Part shown: one piece after another, positions 9,965 to 19,310 of the stretch
Numbering within the stretch: position 1 is the first letter of the stretch
Layout: each line of letters starts with the position of its first letter
The notes under the pieces: generated by a model
Databases searched by the model: none
Seen by the model: the letters and a program-made list of their open reading frames with translations, nothing else
Told to the model about the DNA's origin: nothing
Made by a program: the position numbers and the translations under genes
DNA from: Candidatus Eiseniibacteriota bacterium
GTDB lineage: Bacteria; Arandabacterota; Arandabacteria; JAGLYR01
Direction: 5' to 3'
Assembly: GCA_023132135.1 (NCBI GenBank)
Contig: JAGLYR010000003.1
Location: 1-46,073, forward strand
DNA: 46,073 nt

Positions 9965-11653
9965 ATGCGGGATCGTCTGGGAGAAGTGTTGCTGGAAGCC
10001 GGCCTCGTGGGCGAGGACGACGTTCAGCAGGCGCTGGCTCGCAAGGAAGCGACAGGGAATCCTGTGGCGCAGTGTCTCCTGGAAATGGAGGTGCTGAGCG
10101 AAGAGGATCTCTGCGGGTTCCTGACGCAGCGCTACCGCGTGCCCACCATCGATCTGGAAAACGTGGAGATCGATGATGCGGCTGTCCAGCTTGTCCCCGT
10201 CGATGTCGCGCGCAAATTCCGGCTCATTCCCGTGTCCGTTGAAGGCCGCCGGCTGACGCTGGCGATGGCCGATCCCGGGAACTATGCCGCCGTCGATGAC
10301 ATCAAGTTCATCACGGGGCTGGAAGTTCGGGTCGCTGCTGCGACAGACTCGGCCATTTCGCGGGCCATCGACCGCCACTGCGGTGAAGACGGGGAGTCCT
10401 TGGCGGAGATCGTCAAGGACATGGCCGACGAGAGCGTCGAGGTCCTCGAAGCGGAGGAAGAGGACGACGGCGATGCTGCCGACTCGGCCCAGGAAGCTCC
10501 GATCGTAAAGTTCGTGAACTCACTGATCGCCGACGCGGTCCGTAAGGGTGTGAGCGATATCCACATCGAGCCCTACGAGAAAACGCTGAGAGTTCGCTTC
10601 CGCATTGACGGGACGCTGTTTGAAGTGATGTCGCCGCCGGTGAAGATGAAGTCGGCCATTATCTCGCGCCTGAAGATCATGTCCGATCTCGACATCGCCG
10701 AGAGACGCGTTGCCCAGGATGGCCGGATCAAGATCAAGGTTCTGAAACGCACGGTTGACCTGCGGGTGTCCACGCTGCCCACCCTGTTTGGGGAGAAGGT
10801 GGTCATGCGGATCCTGGACCAGTCCAACCTCAATATGGATCTGGAGAAGTTCGGATTCGGACCCAAGGCCCTGAAGGACTTCCTTGAAGCGATCGAGAGT
10901 CCCTACGGAATGATCCTGGTCACAGGTCCCACGGGCAGCGGGAAGACCACCACCCTGTATTCGGCGATGAGCCGGCTCAACGTCCCGGATGTCAACATCA
11001 TGACGGCTGAGGACCCGGTGGAGTACAACCTGGACGGGATCAACCAGGTTCTGGTCAACGAAGAGGTGGGCGTCGGCTTCGCCGCGGCCCTCAGGGCTTT
11101 CCTCCGGCAGGATCCGGATATCATCATGGTGGGCGAGATCCGGGATCTGGAAACCGGGTCCATCGCCACCAAAGCCGCTCTCACGGGACACCTGGTCCTG
11201 AGTACCCTGCACACCAACGACGCGCCCAGTACCATCGATCGCCTGATCGACATGGGTCTGGAGCGTTTCCTGGTCGCCTCGGCGGTCAACCTTGTGCTGG
11301 CGCAGAGACTCGTCAGGAGAATCTGCAGCAATTGCAAGGAAGAATACCAACCGGAAGAGGCGCTGCTGCAACAACTGGACATCCCGCCGGAGGAGTTGGG
11401 CAACATCAAGCTTTTCAAGGGGAGCGGATGTCCACAGTGCAATGGGACGGGGTACTCGGGGCGAGTCGGACTCTACGAAGCTATGCCGGTAACCGCCCGG
11501 ATCCGGCACATGATTCTGGAAGGGTCGTCCTCGGACGAAATCCGTAAAGCGGCCATCGAGGAGGGAATGCTCACGCTGAGGGACGATGCGGTTCGGAAGA
11601 TGAAGAGCGAACTGACAACGATCACTGAGGTCCTGGGGGAAACTACCAGGTAG
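9965..11653 (+). CDS. pilB: Type IV pilus assembly ATPase PilB
   Basis: MshEN-like N-terminus (RLGEVL), SDIHIEP, Walker A GPTGSGKT, LRQDPD, TGHLVLSTLHTND, tetra-Cys Zn site. Confidence 0.96.
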   Translation: MRDRLGEVLLEAGLVGEDDVQQALARKEATGNPVAQCLLEMEVLSEEDLCGFLTQRYRVPTIDLENVEIDDAAVQLVPVDVARKFRLIPVSVEGRRLTLAMADPGNYAAVDDIKFITGLEVRVAAATDSAISRAIDRHCGEDGESLAEIVKDMADESVEVLEAEEEDDGDAADSAQEAPIVKFVNSLIADAVRKGVSDIHIEPYEKTLRVRFRIDGTLFEVMSPPVKMKSAIISRLKIMSDLDIAERRVAQDGRIKIKVLKRTVDLRVSTLPTLFGEKVVMRILDQSNLNMDLEKFGFGPKALKDFLEAIESPYGMILVTGPTGSGKTTTLYSAMSRLNVPDVNIMTAEDPVEYNLDGINQVLVNEEVGVGFAAALRAFLRQDPDIIMVGEIRDLETGSIATKAALTGHLVLSTLHTNDAPSTIDRLIDMGLERFLVASAVNLVLAQRLVRRICSNCKEEYQPEEALLQQLDIPPEELGNIKLFKGSGCPQCNGTGYSGRVGLYEAMPVTARIRHMILEGSSSDEIRKAAIEEGMLTLRDDAVRKMKSELTTITEVLGETTR

Positions 11654-11670
11654 AGGAGCGGAGTCGAAAC

Positions 11671-12753
11671 ATGGCTGAGTTGAGAAACCTGTTGCAGGAG
11701 ATGGTGGATAGGGGGGCCTCGGATCTCCACATCGTCTCCGGATCTCCTCCGCATCTGAGAGTGGACGGGGCGCTTGTACCCTGCGGCGAGAGCCTGTCGA
11801 TGGATGAAGCAAGGGCGCTGGGTTACAGCGTTCTCAGCGAGGCGCAGAAGAAGGAGTTCGAAATCAACAAGGAAGTCGATCTCGCATTCAGCATCCAGGG
11901 GGTCAGCCGCTTCCGGGCCAACGTTTTCACCCAGCGCGGCGCCGTGAGTGTCGCCATCCGGCGGATTCCATTCGAGATCCCACTGCTGGAGGATCTGGGG
12001 CTTCCCAATGTGGTGGAGTCGATGATCGAGAAAAACAAGGGCCTGGTTCTTGTGACCGGCCCTACCGGCAGCGGGAAATCCACTTCCATGGCGGCGATGC
12101 TGAACCGTATCAACCACCGGCGGCAATGCCACATCGTGACGGTGGAGGATCCTATCGAATACGTTCACCAGAACCACAAGAGCATCGTCAACCAGCGACA
12201 GGTCAAGTCGGATACGGTCAGTTTCGGCTCGGCCCTCAAACACGTGCTCCGCCAGGACCCCGATGTCATCCTGATCGGGGAGATGCGGGATCCGGAGACG
12301 ATGCTGGCCGCGCTGACCATCGCCGAGACCGGACATCTCGCCTTTGCCACCTTGCACACCAACTCGGCCTACGAGTCGGTCAACCGAATTGCCGACTCGT
12401 TTCCTTTGAGCGAGAGGAGGAATGTCCTCAGCCAGCTGGCCTTCGTGTTGGAAGGCGTCATCACACAGCAGCTGTTGCCGAGGAGTTCGGGAAAGGGGCG
12501 GGTCCTTGTATCAGAGGTCCTGATCTGCACGCCCGCCATCCGTGCGGTGATCCGTGAAGACAAGATTCACCAGGTCTACGGCCTGATGCAGGCAGGGCAG
12601 AAGTTCGGCATGCAGACCATGAACATGAGTTTGGCCAGCGCGGTTCGGAAAGGTCGCCTGACCAGCAAAGACGCCCTGAATCGCAGTCTGGATGGCGAGG
12701 AACTCGCGCAGCTCCTGGCGCAACAAACAGTGGCAGGGGCCCGGGCCAGGTAG
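11671..12753 (+). CDS. pilT: Type IV pilus retraction ATPase PilT
   Basis: ASDLHI, GPTGSGKST, EDPIE, LRQDPD, AETGHL, AIRAVIRE (AIRNLIRE-like), GMQTM. Confidence 0.95.
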   Translation: MAELRNLLQEMVDRGASDLHIVSGSPPHLRVDGALVPCGESLSMDEARALGYSVLSEAQKKEFEINKEVDLAFSIQGVSRFRANVFTQRGAVSVAIRRIPFEIPLLEDLGLPNVVESMIEKNKGLVLVTGPTGSGKSTSMAAMLNRINHRRQCHIVTVEDPIEYVHQNHKSIVNQRQVKSDTVSFGSALKHVLRQDPDVILIGEMRDPETMLAALTIAETGHLAFATLHTNSAYESVNRIADSFPLSERRNVLSQLAFVLEGVITQQLLPRSSGKGRVLVSEVLICTPAIRAVIREDKIHQVYGLMQAGQKFGMQTMNMSLASAVRKGRLTSKDALNRSLDGEELAQLLAQQTVAGARAR

Positions 12754-12769
12754 TTTGGAGGACTTGATC

Positions 12770-13981
12770 TTGCCGGTTTATCTGTGGAAAGGAAAAGACG
12801 GAGTCGGGAAAGCGGTTTCCGGGGAGGAGAGCGCGAAGGACCGACCCTCGGCCATCCGGCGGTTGCGGAAGCGCAAGATTATCGCGACGCAGGTTCGGGA
12901 AAAGCCAAAGGATGTCAAGATCAGCCTGGGACGCAAGAAAGGGGTCGCGGTCAAGGACCTGGCGGTATTCACCCGGCAATTCGCTACCATGATCAACGCG
13001 GGTCTCCCCATCGTCCTGTGTCTGGACGTGATGGCCAAGCAGGTAGAGAAGCCGGTCCTTCGTGAGGTGCTGACCCAGGTGAAGGAGTCGGTTCAGTCGG
13101 GAGGTACGCTGTCGGATTCGTTGAGCAAGCACACGAAGGTGTTCGACGAGCTGTACAGCCACATGGTCGAGGCGGGAGAGTCCAGCGGCGCGCTGGACGC
13201 GATTCTCGAGCGCCTCGCGGAGTACCTTGAAAAGGCAGAGCAGCTCCGGCGCAGGATCAAGAGCGCGATGATGTATCCCACGATCGTCACGATGATTGCT
13301 CTTCTCGCGACCTCGTTCCTCCTCATCTTTGTGATCCCGACCTTCACCAAGATGTTCTCGGATTTCGGAGGGCAGCTACCCCTGGTCACTCGCATAGTAG
13401 TAGCGATGAGTGACTTCCTGATAGGGTACTGGTGGCTCCTGCTGGCGTTGATCCTGGGCGGCCGGTATGCGTTCATGCGGTACCGTGCGACGGAAAAGGG
13501 CAGGGAGAAGGTGGACCGGTTGTTGCTGAAGATGCCTGTATTGGGGACGGTGCTTCGCAAAGGAGCAGTGGCGAGATTTACGCGCACATTGGGGACACTC
13601 CAGGTGAGCGGTGTTCCGATTCTCGAAGGTCTCTCCATTACGGCGAGAACGGCTGGAAATGTGGTTCTGGAGAAGGCCATCCTGAATACGCGGGACAGCG
13701 TGAGCCGGGGCGAAACACTGACCGAACCTCTGAAGGAGTCGGGAGTGTTTCCACCGATGGTGGTTCAGATGGTCGCGGTCGGAGAGGAAACGGGCGCGCT
13801 GGATCAGATGTTGACCAAGATAGCGGAGTTCTATGAGGACGAGGTGGACACAGCCGTTGACGGCCTGACCTCCGTGATTGAGCCGGTGATGATGGTGTTC
13901 CTGGGTGGGCTGGTCGGCGGCATGGTAATAGCCATGTATCTGCCCATCTTCAAGATGATCACCGTTATCATCGGGGACTAG
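12770..13981 (+). CDS. pilC: Type IV pilus inner-membrane platform protein PilC
   Basis: FTRQFATMINAGLP, GESSGALD, AMMYP, VGEETGALD, AMYLPIF; TTG start estimated after GGAGG. Confidence 0.95.
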   Translation: MPVYLWKGKDGVGKAVSGEESAKDRPSAIRRLRKRKIIATQVREKPKDVKISLGRKKGVAVKDLAVFTRQFATMINAGLPIVLCLDVMAKQVEKPVLREVLTQVKESVQSGGTLSDSLSKHTKVFDELYSHMVEAGESSGALDAILERLAEYLEKAEQLRRRIKSAMMYPTIVTMIALLATSFLLIFVIPTFTKMFSDFGGQLPLVTRIVVAMSDFLIGYWWLLLALILGGRYAFMRYRATEKGREKVDRLLLKMPVLGTVLRKGAVARFTRTLGTLQVSGVPILEGLSITARTAGNVVLEKAILNTRDSVSRGETLTEPLKESGVFPPMVVQMVAVGEETGALDQMLTKIAEFYEDEVDTAVDGLTSVIEPVMMVFLGGLVGGMVIAMYLPIFKMITVIIGD

Positions 13982-13984
13982 GCG

Positions 13985-14097
13985 AGCTGAGCACATAATG
14001 ATCGTCATCGTCAGGAGCTGGGTCAGCTGAGTACATGATGATCGTCATCGTCGGGAGCTGGGCCAGCTGAGTACATGATGATCGTCATCGTCGGGAG
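13985..14097. repeat. 40-bp tandem repeat (~2.8 copies) between pilC and pilS
   Basis: Units at 13985-14024, 14025-14064 and 14065-14097; consensus AGCTGAGTACATGATGATCGTCATCGTCGGGAGCTGGGCC. Confidence 0.9.
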
Positions 14098-14106
14098 ACC
14101 GTACGC

Positions 14107-15909
14107 ATGGCAGGCGGGTTGGTACGGAACAACGCACATGCAGGGGCCGGAGGAGAGGGCTCGTCTTTCGTTCGCGTGCTCCTCCTCATGCGACTGGGGG
14201 TTTTCACCCTGGCGTTGGGTGGGACGGGGTTTCTCCTTCTCAGCGGGCAGGGGGCGGACGCGCTCTTCAGCGTGGGCGCGCTCCTGATAGCGGCCTACAT
14301 CGTGTCTGGATTGTACTGGGTGGCCTACCGGCAGGGCTACCGCTCCAGGTTCCAGGTCTACGGGCCCATCCTCATCGACATCGTTGTCAACACGTGGATT
14401 GTCCAGTACTCGGGGGGAATCGAGTCTCCCTTTGCCCTTCTGTATATCCTCACGATCCTGTCCGTAGGGGCGGTTTTCCAGACCCGCCCGGCGCTGGTCG
14501 CGGCGACCGTCTCGGCTGTCTGTTTCGGATGTGTCGGATGGCTGGAGTATTCCGAGGTTCTGTCTCCCGGGAGTGCTCTTGGCGCGAATCTCGATGCCGG
14601 CCACAGCCTTGCCTACGTCTTTTTCTACATCGTTCTGCAGGTCGGCTTTTTCTACATGACGGCCGTGGGTTCGGGGGCCCTGTCCGGGAACCTCAAGGCG
14701 AAGGGCGAGGCCCTGCAGAACACGGCGGCGGAACTGCAGGAGATGAGACACGACACAGAGAGCATTCTGCAGAATATGCCCAGCGGTCTGGTGAGCGTGA
14801 ACGACGACAGGGTTGTCGTGGGCTTTAACCGGGCCGCCGGCGAGATGCTGGGGCTGAACCGTGAACACGCCGTGGGGCGGGAGATGGGAAGCGTCCTCGG
14901 TCCCGGATACGAGGGATTCCGGGAGGTGGTGGAGAGGGTATTCGCCACCGGGAGTCACGCGCCGCGCCTTGAGATCACCATCCACCGCCCGGACGTGAGC
15001 GAGATTCCCTTGGGAATCAGCGCGTCGGTACTCCGGGACCCCGGGGGAGAGAGCCGGGGGGTGATCGCCGTGTTCCAGGATCTGACGGAAGTGCACCGGA
15101 TGCGGGCCCAGATTCGCCGGTCGGACAAACTGGCAGCGGTTGGTGAGCTCTCCACTGCCATAGCGCACGAACTGAGGAACCCCTTGGCCTCCATCGGTGG
15201 CTGCGTGGAACTTCTCCAATCGGAGCTCAATCTCTCGGATGAGAACGAAAGATTGATGAGCCTTATCCTGAAGGAATCCATGCGGCTCAAGCGCATCACG
15301 AGCGAGTTTCTCGACTTTGCCTCTGTGAGGGAGAAACGGATCCGGATGGTGGATCTCGGCGAAGTACTACGGGAGGTGGCGTGTCTCCTCAGGGGATACG
15401 ATCGGTTCACGGAATCGGTGGACCTGATCGTCAACATCGAGGAGGAGGCCCGCTGGATTGAGGTAGATGAGGAGCAGTTCAAGCAGGTGCTGTTGAATCT
15501 CGGCTACAACGCGTTGGATGCCATGGGTGGAAATGGGTGCCTGCGGGTGCATGGGGTCACGCGTTCTGCCTGTACGCACGATGCTGTGGGTGGGGGTGGG
15601 GTGGCAGGGTGCGACCGCGGAAATCTGGTGCTCACCGTGGAGGATACGGGATGCGGGATACCCCTGTGTGAACAGGAGAAGGTGTTCGAGCCTTTCTACA
15701 GCAGTAAGCCCAGGGGAGTAGGCCTGGGTTTGTCCATCGTCTCCCGGATTGTCGAGGACCATGGTGGGAAGGTGCTGCTGGAGAGCAAGGTGGACTGTGG
15801 CACCTGCCTGACGGTGTTCCTGCAGCGCTGTGTTGCGGCGCGCGGGCCGGCGCGGGAGTCTGCCGCAGAGCAGGAATTGCAGGAAGCTACAGTGGTAGGA
15901 GTCTTGTAG
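14107..15909 (+). CDS. pilS: Sensor histidine kinase PilS (multi-TM + PAS + HisKA + HATPase)
   Basis: ~6 TM helices with GGIESPF motif, PAS, AHELRNPL, QVLLNL..NA, DTGCG, FEPFYS, GLGL; lies between pilC and pilR. Confidence 0.85.
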   Translation: MAGGLVRNNAHAGAGGEGSSFVRVLLLMRLGVFTLALGGTGFLLLSGQGADALFSVGALLIAAYIVSGLYWVAYRQGYRSRFQVYGPILIDIVVNTWIVQYSGGIESPFALLYILTILSVGAVFQTRPALVAATVSAVCFGCVGWLEYSEVLSPGSALGANLDAGHSLAYVFFYIVLQVGFFYMTAVGSGALSGNLKAKGEALQNTAAELQEMRHDTESILQNMPSGLVSVNDDRVVVGFNRAAGEMLGLNREHAVGREMGSVLGPGYEGFREVVERVFATGSHAPRLEITIHRPDVSEIPLGISASVLRDPGGESRGVIAVFQDLTEVHRMRAQIRRSDKLAAVGELSTAIAHELRNPLASIGGCVELLQSELNLSDENERLMSLILKESMRLKRITSEFLDFASVREKRIRMVDLGEVLREVACLLRGYDRFTESVDLIVNIEEEARWIEVDEEQFKQVLLNLGYNALDAMGGNGCLRVHGVTRSACTHDAVGGGGVAGCDRGNLVLTVEDTGCGIPLCEQEKVFEPFYSSKPRGVGLGLSIVSRIVEDHGGKVLLESKVDCGTCLTVFLQRCVAARGPARESAAEQELQEATVVGVL

Positions 15910-15968
15910 GTCCAGGTACTCACCGAGTCCTGTTGCAAAGGCAGCTTGCTTGGAAGACGGAGACAAAG

Positions 15969-17357
15969 ATGACGGGCGAAAGAATTCTGATTGTCGATGA
16001 CGATGAAAGTATGTGCGAGTTCCTCACGATAATGCTCGAGAAAGAGGGCTATGAGGTCCATGCCGTGAACCGGGGCAGGGAAGCCATTGATCTGGCGAAG
16101 ACAAACCGCTACCACGCAGCCATGATCGACATCAAGATGCCCGGCATGGATGGCATGACTCTTCTCGGTGAACTCCGGACCATCTCGCCAGGCACTCCGG
16201 TGGTGATCATGACGGCGTTCTCGTCGGAGGAGACGGCCATCGAGGCCGTTAACCGCGGCGCGTTCTACTACCTGGTGAAGCAGGCGAAGAAAGACGAGAT
16301 CCGGCTGGTGATCAAGAAGGCGCTGGAGGTGGGGCGCCTGCAGGCAGAGAACAGGTTCCTGAAGCAGCAGCTCCGCAGCCGGCATTCGTCGAAGAAGATC
16401 ATCGGGAAAAGTGAGTGTTTCGAGGAAGTGTTTCATCTGGTGGACAGGGTTGCTAATTGCGAGAGTACGATTCTCATCTGCGGCGAAAGCGGAACGGGCA
16501 AGGAGCTGGTAGCCCGGGAGCTTCACTATCGATCCCGGCGAGCGGACGGGCCCTTTGTGTCCATCAACTGCGGAGCGCTCCCCGAGACGCTCCTCGAGAG
16601 CGAGCTCTTCGGGCACAGGAGAGGCGCATTCACGGGGGCAGTGAGGGACAAGGACGGACTGTTCACGGTGGCCAAGGGAGGCACCTTCTTCCTGGATGAG
16701 GTAGCGGAAACCTCGCCGGCCATTCAGGTCAAGCTCCTCCGCGTTCTCCAGGAGAGGGAGATCATCCCTCTGGGGGGGACGAAGCCTGTCAAGGTCGAGA
16801 TGCGGTTGATCGCTGCAACCAATGTGGATCTGGAGCAGAGAGTTGACGAGGGTCTCTTCCGGGCCGATCTGTTCTACCGTCTGAACGTGATCCAGATTCC
16901 ACTGCCACCGCTTCGGAAACGCCGGGATGACGTCCCGTTGCTCGTCGACTTCTTCCTCCAGGAAACGGTCAAACGCGCACACACGGGACCGAAGTCCGTC
17001 ACGCCCGAAGTCATGGACCTGCTGGTGCGGTATGACTGGCCCGGCAATGTCCGGGAGTTGGAGAATGTCGTTGAGCGGGCGGTGGTCCTGCAGGACGGCG
17101 ACACAATCGGGAAGGAGGCCCTTCCGCCCAAGTTCCAGACAATGGGTGAGAAACCCGTCGAGTGCAACCTGAGTGGGACGGCTAATGTCACCCTGGAGCA
17201 ACTGGAACGGCGCTACTTGGCCAAGGTGTTGGAAGAGGTTGGCTGGCGCAAGAAGGTAGCGGCCGATATCCTTGGAATCGATGCCTCGACGCTGTACCGG
17301 AAGATCAACAGGTACGAGCTCGCCCCTGATCGGAAATCGGAGAAACAGCCTGTCTAA
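15969..17357 (+). CDS. pilR: sigma54-dependent response regulator PilR (NtrC family)
   Basis: REC domain (ILIVDDD, DIKMP), GESGTGKE, ESELFGH, GAFTGA, WPGNVREL, Fis-type HTH. Confidence 0.85.
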   Translation: MTGERILIVDDDESMCEFLTIMLEKEGYEVHAVNRGREAIDLAKTNRYHAAMIDIKMPGMDGMTLLGELRTISPGTPVVIMTAFSSEETAIEAVNRGAFYYLVKQAKKDEIRLVIKKALEVGRLQAENRFLKQQLRSRHSSKKIIGKSECFEEVFHLVDRVANCESTILICGESGTGKELVARELHYRSRRADGPFVSINCGALPETLLESELFGHRRGAFTGAVRDKDGLFTVAKGGTFFLDEVAETSPAIQVKLLRVLQEREIIPLGGTKPVKVEMRLIAATNVDLEQRVDEGLFRADLFYRLNVIQIPLPPLRKRRDDVPLLVDFFLQETVKRAHTGPKSVTPEVMDLLVRYDWPGNVRELENVVERAVVLQDGDTIGKEALPPKFQTMGEKPVECNLSGTANVTLEQLERRYLAKVLEEVGWRKKVAADILGIDASTLYRKINRYELAPDRKSEKQPV

Positions 17358-17415
17358 AGGGCGCCGGACAGAGCTCCCGCTCGCGTCGGGAGTCGGAGAA
17401 CAAGGGAGGATACCG

Positions 17416-18459
17416 GTGGATGTCATCCGAACGGAGGCTCTCTGCAAAAGGTACGGGAACCTGAGGACCTGCTCGACCGCCCTCAGGAACCTCGATCTTG
17501 AAGTGGCGGAGGGCGAGATCTTCGGTTACCTGGGCCCCAACGGTGCGGGGAAAACAACAACTCTGAATCTGCTGATGGGGTTGGTCCGGCCCAGTTCCGG
17601 TCGCGCGTGGCTTCTGGGACGGCCGGTGCGGGACCCGGATTCGCGCGCCGGGGTCGGTTTCATGCCGGAGCATCCGCGGTTCCCCAGGCATCTGAAATGC
17701 GGAGAAATTCTGACGGCGTGTGGGAGGCTATCGGGCTTGGGCCGGGGGGAGTCGAAGCGCCAGGCCGGGTATCTGCTGGAACAGGCCGGTCTCGCCCGCG
17801 TGGCGAACAGGCGCGTGCAGCAGCTATCCAAGGGAATGCTCCAGTGGCTTGGACTGGCGCAGGCCTTGATGGGCAGTCCGAGGCTTCTCATTCTGGACGA
17901 GCCGATGTCGGGGCTGGACCCGGTTGGGCGGCATCGGATGCGAGATCTCATCGTGGAGCAGAGGGGCAGGGGAACTACCGTGTTCTTCAGCTCCCATATC
18001 CTGGCCGATGTCGAGATGATCTGCGATCGGGTCGGGATTCTCCTTGAGGGGGAACTGGGTCAATGCGGTCGTCTCGACGAGATTCTGGATCGCAGGTCGG
18101 CGGGGACCGAGATCCGTGTGACCGGTCTTGGCGGCGGTGTTGTTCACCGAATTCGAGAAATGGGCGGGACGACGCGAATCTTCGGCGAAGAAACCCTGAT
18201 CGAGGTTCACGGAGACGACTGCGTGGACGGGATACTGGAGCAGGTCCGGGAAGCGGGCGCCAGTCTCCGTTCATTGGTGCCCCGCAGGGAGTCCCTGGAG
18301 GAGTATTTCCTCCGGCAGGTCGCGGGAAAGACCGGTGATGATGCGGTTCCATGGTGGGACAACAGCAGGATCCCGGAACGCGCCGGGTCTTGGGACGGGC
18401 CGGAGGAGTCCTTCCGGGAAACCGTGGGGGCCGGCGAATTTGGGGAGGGGAGGCGATGA
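17416..18459 (+). CDS. ABC transporter ATP-binding protein (Myxococcus PilH-like)
   Basis: GPNGAGKTT, LSKGM signature, ILDEPMSGLDP, FFSSHIL; GTG start after GGAGG. Confidence 0.9.
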   Translation: MDVIRTEALCKRYGNLRTCSTALRNLDLEVAEGEIFGYLGPNGAGKTTTLNLLMGLVRPSSGRAWLLGRPVRDPDSRAGVGFMPEHPRFPRHLKCGEILTACGRLSGLGRGESKRQAGYLLEQAGLARVANRRVQQLSKGMLQWLGLAQALMGSPRLLILDEPMSGLDPVGRHRMRDLIVEQRGRGTTVFFSSHILADVEMICDRVGILLEGELGQCGRLDEILDRRSAGTEIRVTGLGGGVVHRIREMGGTTRIFGEETLIEVHGDDCVDGILEQVREAGASLRSLVPRRESLEEYFLRQVAGKTGDDAVPWWDNSRIPERAGSWDGPEESFRETVGAGEFGEGRR

Positions 18460-19259
18460 AGACACACGATTCTGAGTCGGGCGGCAGCCGTCTGTCTCGT
18501 ATCCGGGTGGTTGCGGGCAGCACATTCCTGGAATCGGTGCGCGACCGCACGCTTGCTGTTCCTGTGCTTCTGGCGGGGCTTCTCATTGGAGGGGCTTTCT
18601 TGAGTCGGACCCTGAGCCTGGGTCAGCACGGGAAGATGCTCCAGGATTTCGGATTGGCCGGCTTGTGTTTGTTCTCGAATGTCCTGGTGATTCTGGCTGT
18701 GACCACCTCGCTGTCAAGGAGTGTGGAACAGGGGACCCTGCTTCCTATGCTGGCCAAGCCGCTGAGGCGGGGGGAGCTTCTCCTCGGGCAGTATGGCGGT
18801 GTTCTGGGAGTAGTGCTGGTTAGTGCTCTGGCTATCATGGGGGCCCTCTGTCTGGGACTTGTACTCGTGGGAACCCCGGTCTCGGGCGGGCTCCTGTTGG
18901 CGGCCGGCCTGACGATGGTCGAGGTCATGGTTGTCGGGGCGCTGGCTGTTTTCTTTTCCGCCGTGAGTTCGCCGGTCCTGGCGACGGTTTTCGCCGGGTT
19001 CGCCATGCTCATCGGGCACACAACGGCGGACGTAAGGGAACTGGGGGTACACATCGGGGGACGGGCGGCGCGGGCCATCGGAGAGGTTCTCTACTACGCG
19101 CTGCCGAATCTGGAGATCTTCGATGTTCGAGCGGCTGCCGTCCACCGCTATCCCATCTCTCTGGAATACGTGGGGTTCGCCGTTCTCTACGGTGTGCTCT
19201 ACGCGACCGTGGTGCTCTTCGCAGCCAGCTGGGTCTTCGAACGGAGGGACCTGAGTTAG
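18456..19259 (+). CDS. ABC-2 type permease (Myxococcus PilI-like)
   Basis: ~6 TM helices, LAKPLRRGELLLGQY, YYALPNL, C-terminal FERRDL; ATGA overlap with the ATPase. Confidence 0.85.
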   Translation: MKTHDSESGGSRLSRIRVVAGSTFLESVRDRTLAVPVLLAGLLIGGAFLSRTLSLGQHGKMLQDFGLAGLCLFSNVLVILAVTTSLSRSVEQGTLLPMLAKPLRRGELLLGQYGGVLGVVLVSALAIMGALCLGLVLVGTPVSGGLLLAAGLTMVEVMVVGALAVFFSAVSSPVLATVFAGFAMLIGHTTADVRELGVHIGGRAARAIGEVLYYALPNLEIFDVRAAAVHRYPISLEYVGFAVLYGVLYATVVLFAASWVFERRDLS

Positions 19260-19304
19260 CCTGGACTATGCACAAATCCGGGAGGATTTGTACACAGTCC
19301 AGGC
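19259..19304. repeat. Long inverted repeat directly after the permease stop codon
   Basis: GCCTGGACT-atg-CACAAATCC-ggga-GGATTTGTA-cac-AGTCCAGGC. Confidence 0.7.
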
Positions 19305-19310
19305 AGAGCA

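Noticed and set aside
13985-14097. Possible CRISPR array
   Set aside because: Units are directly adjacent with no unique spacers, and no cas genes are present
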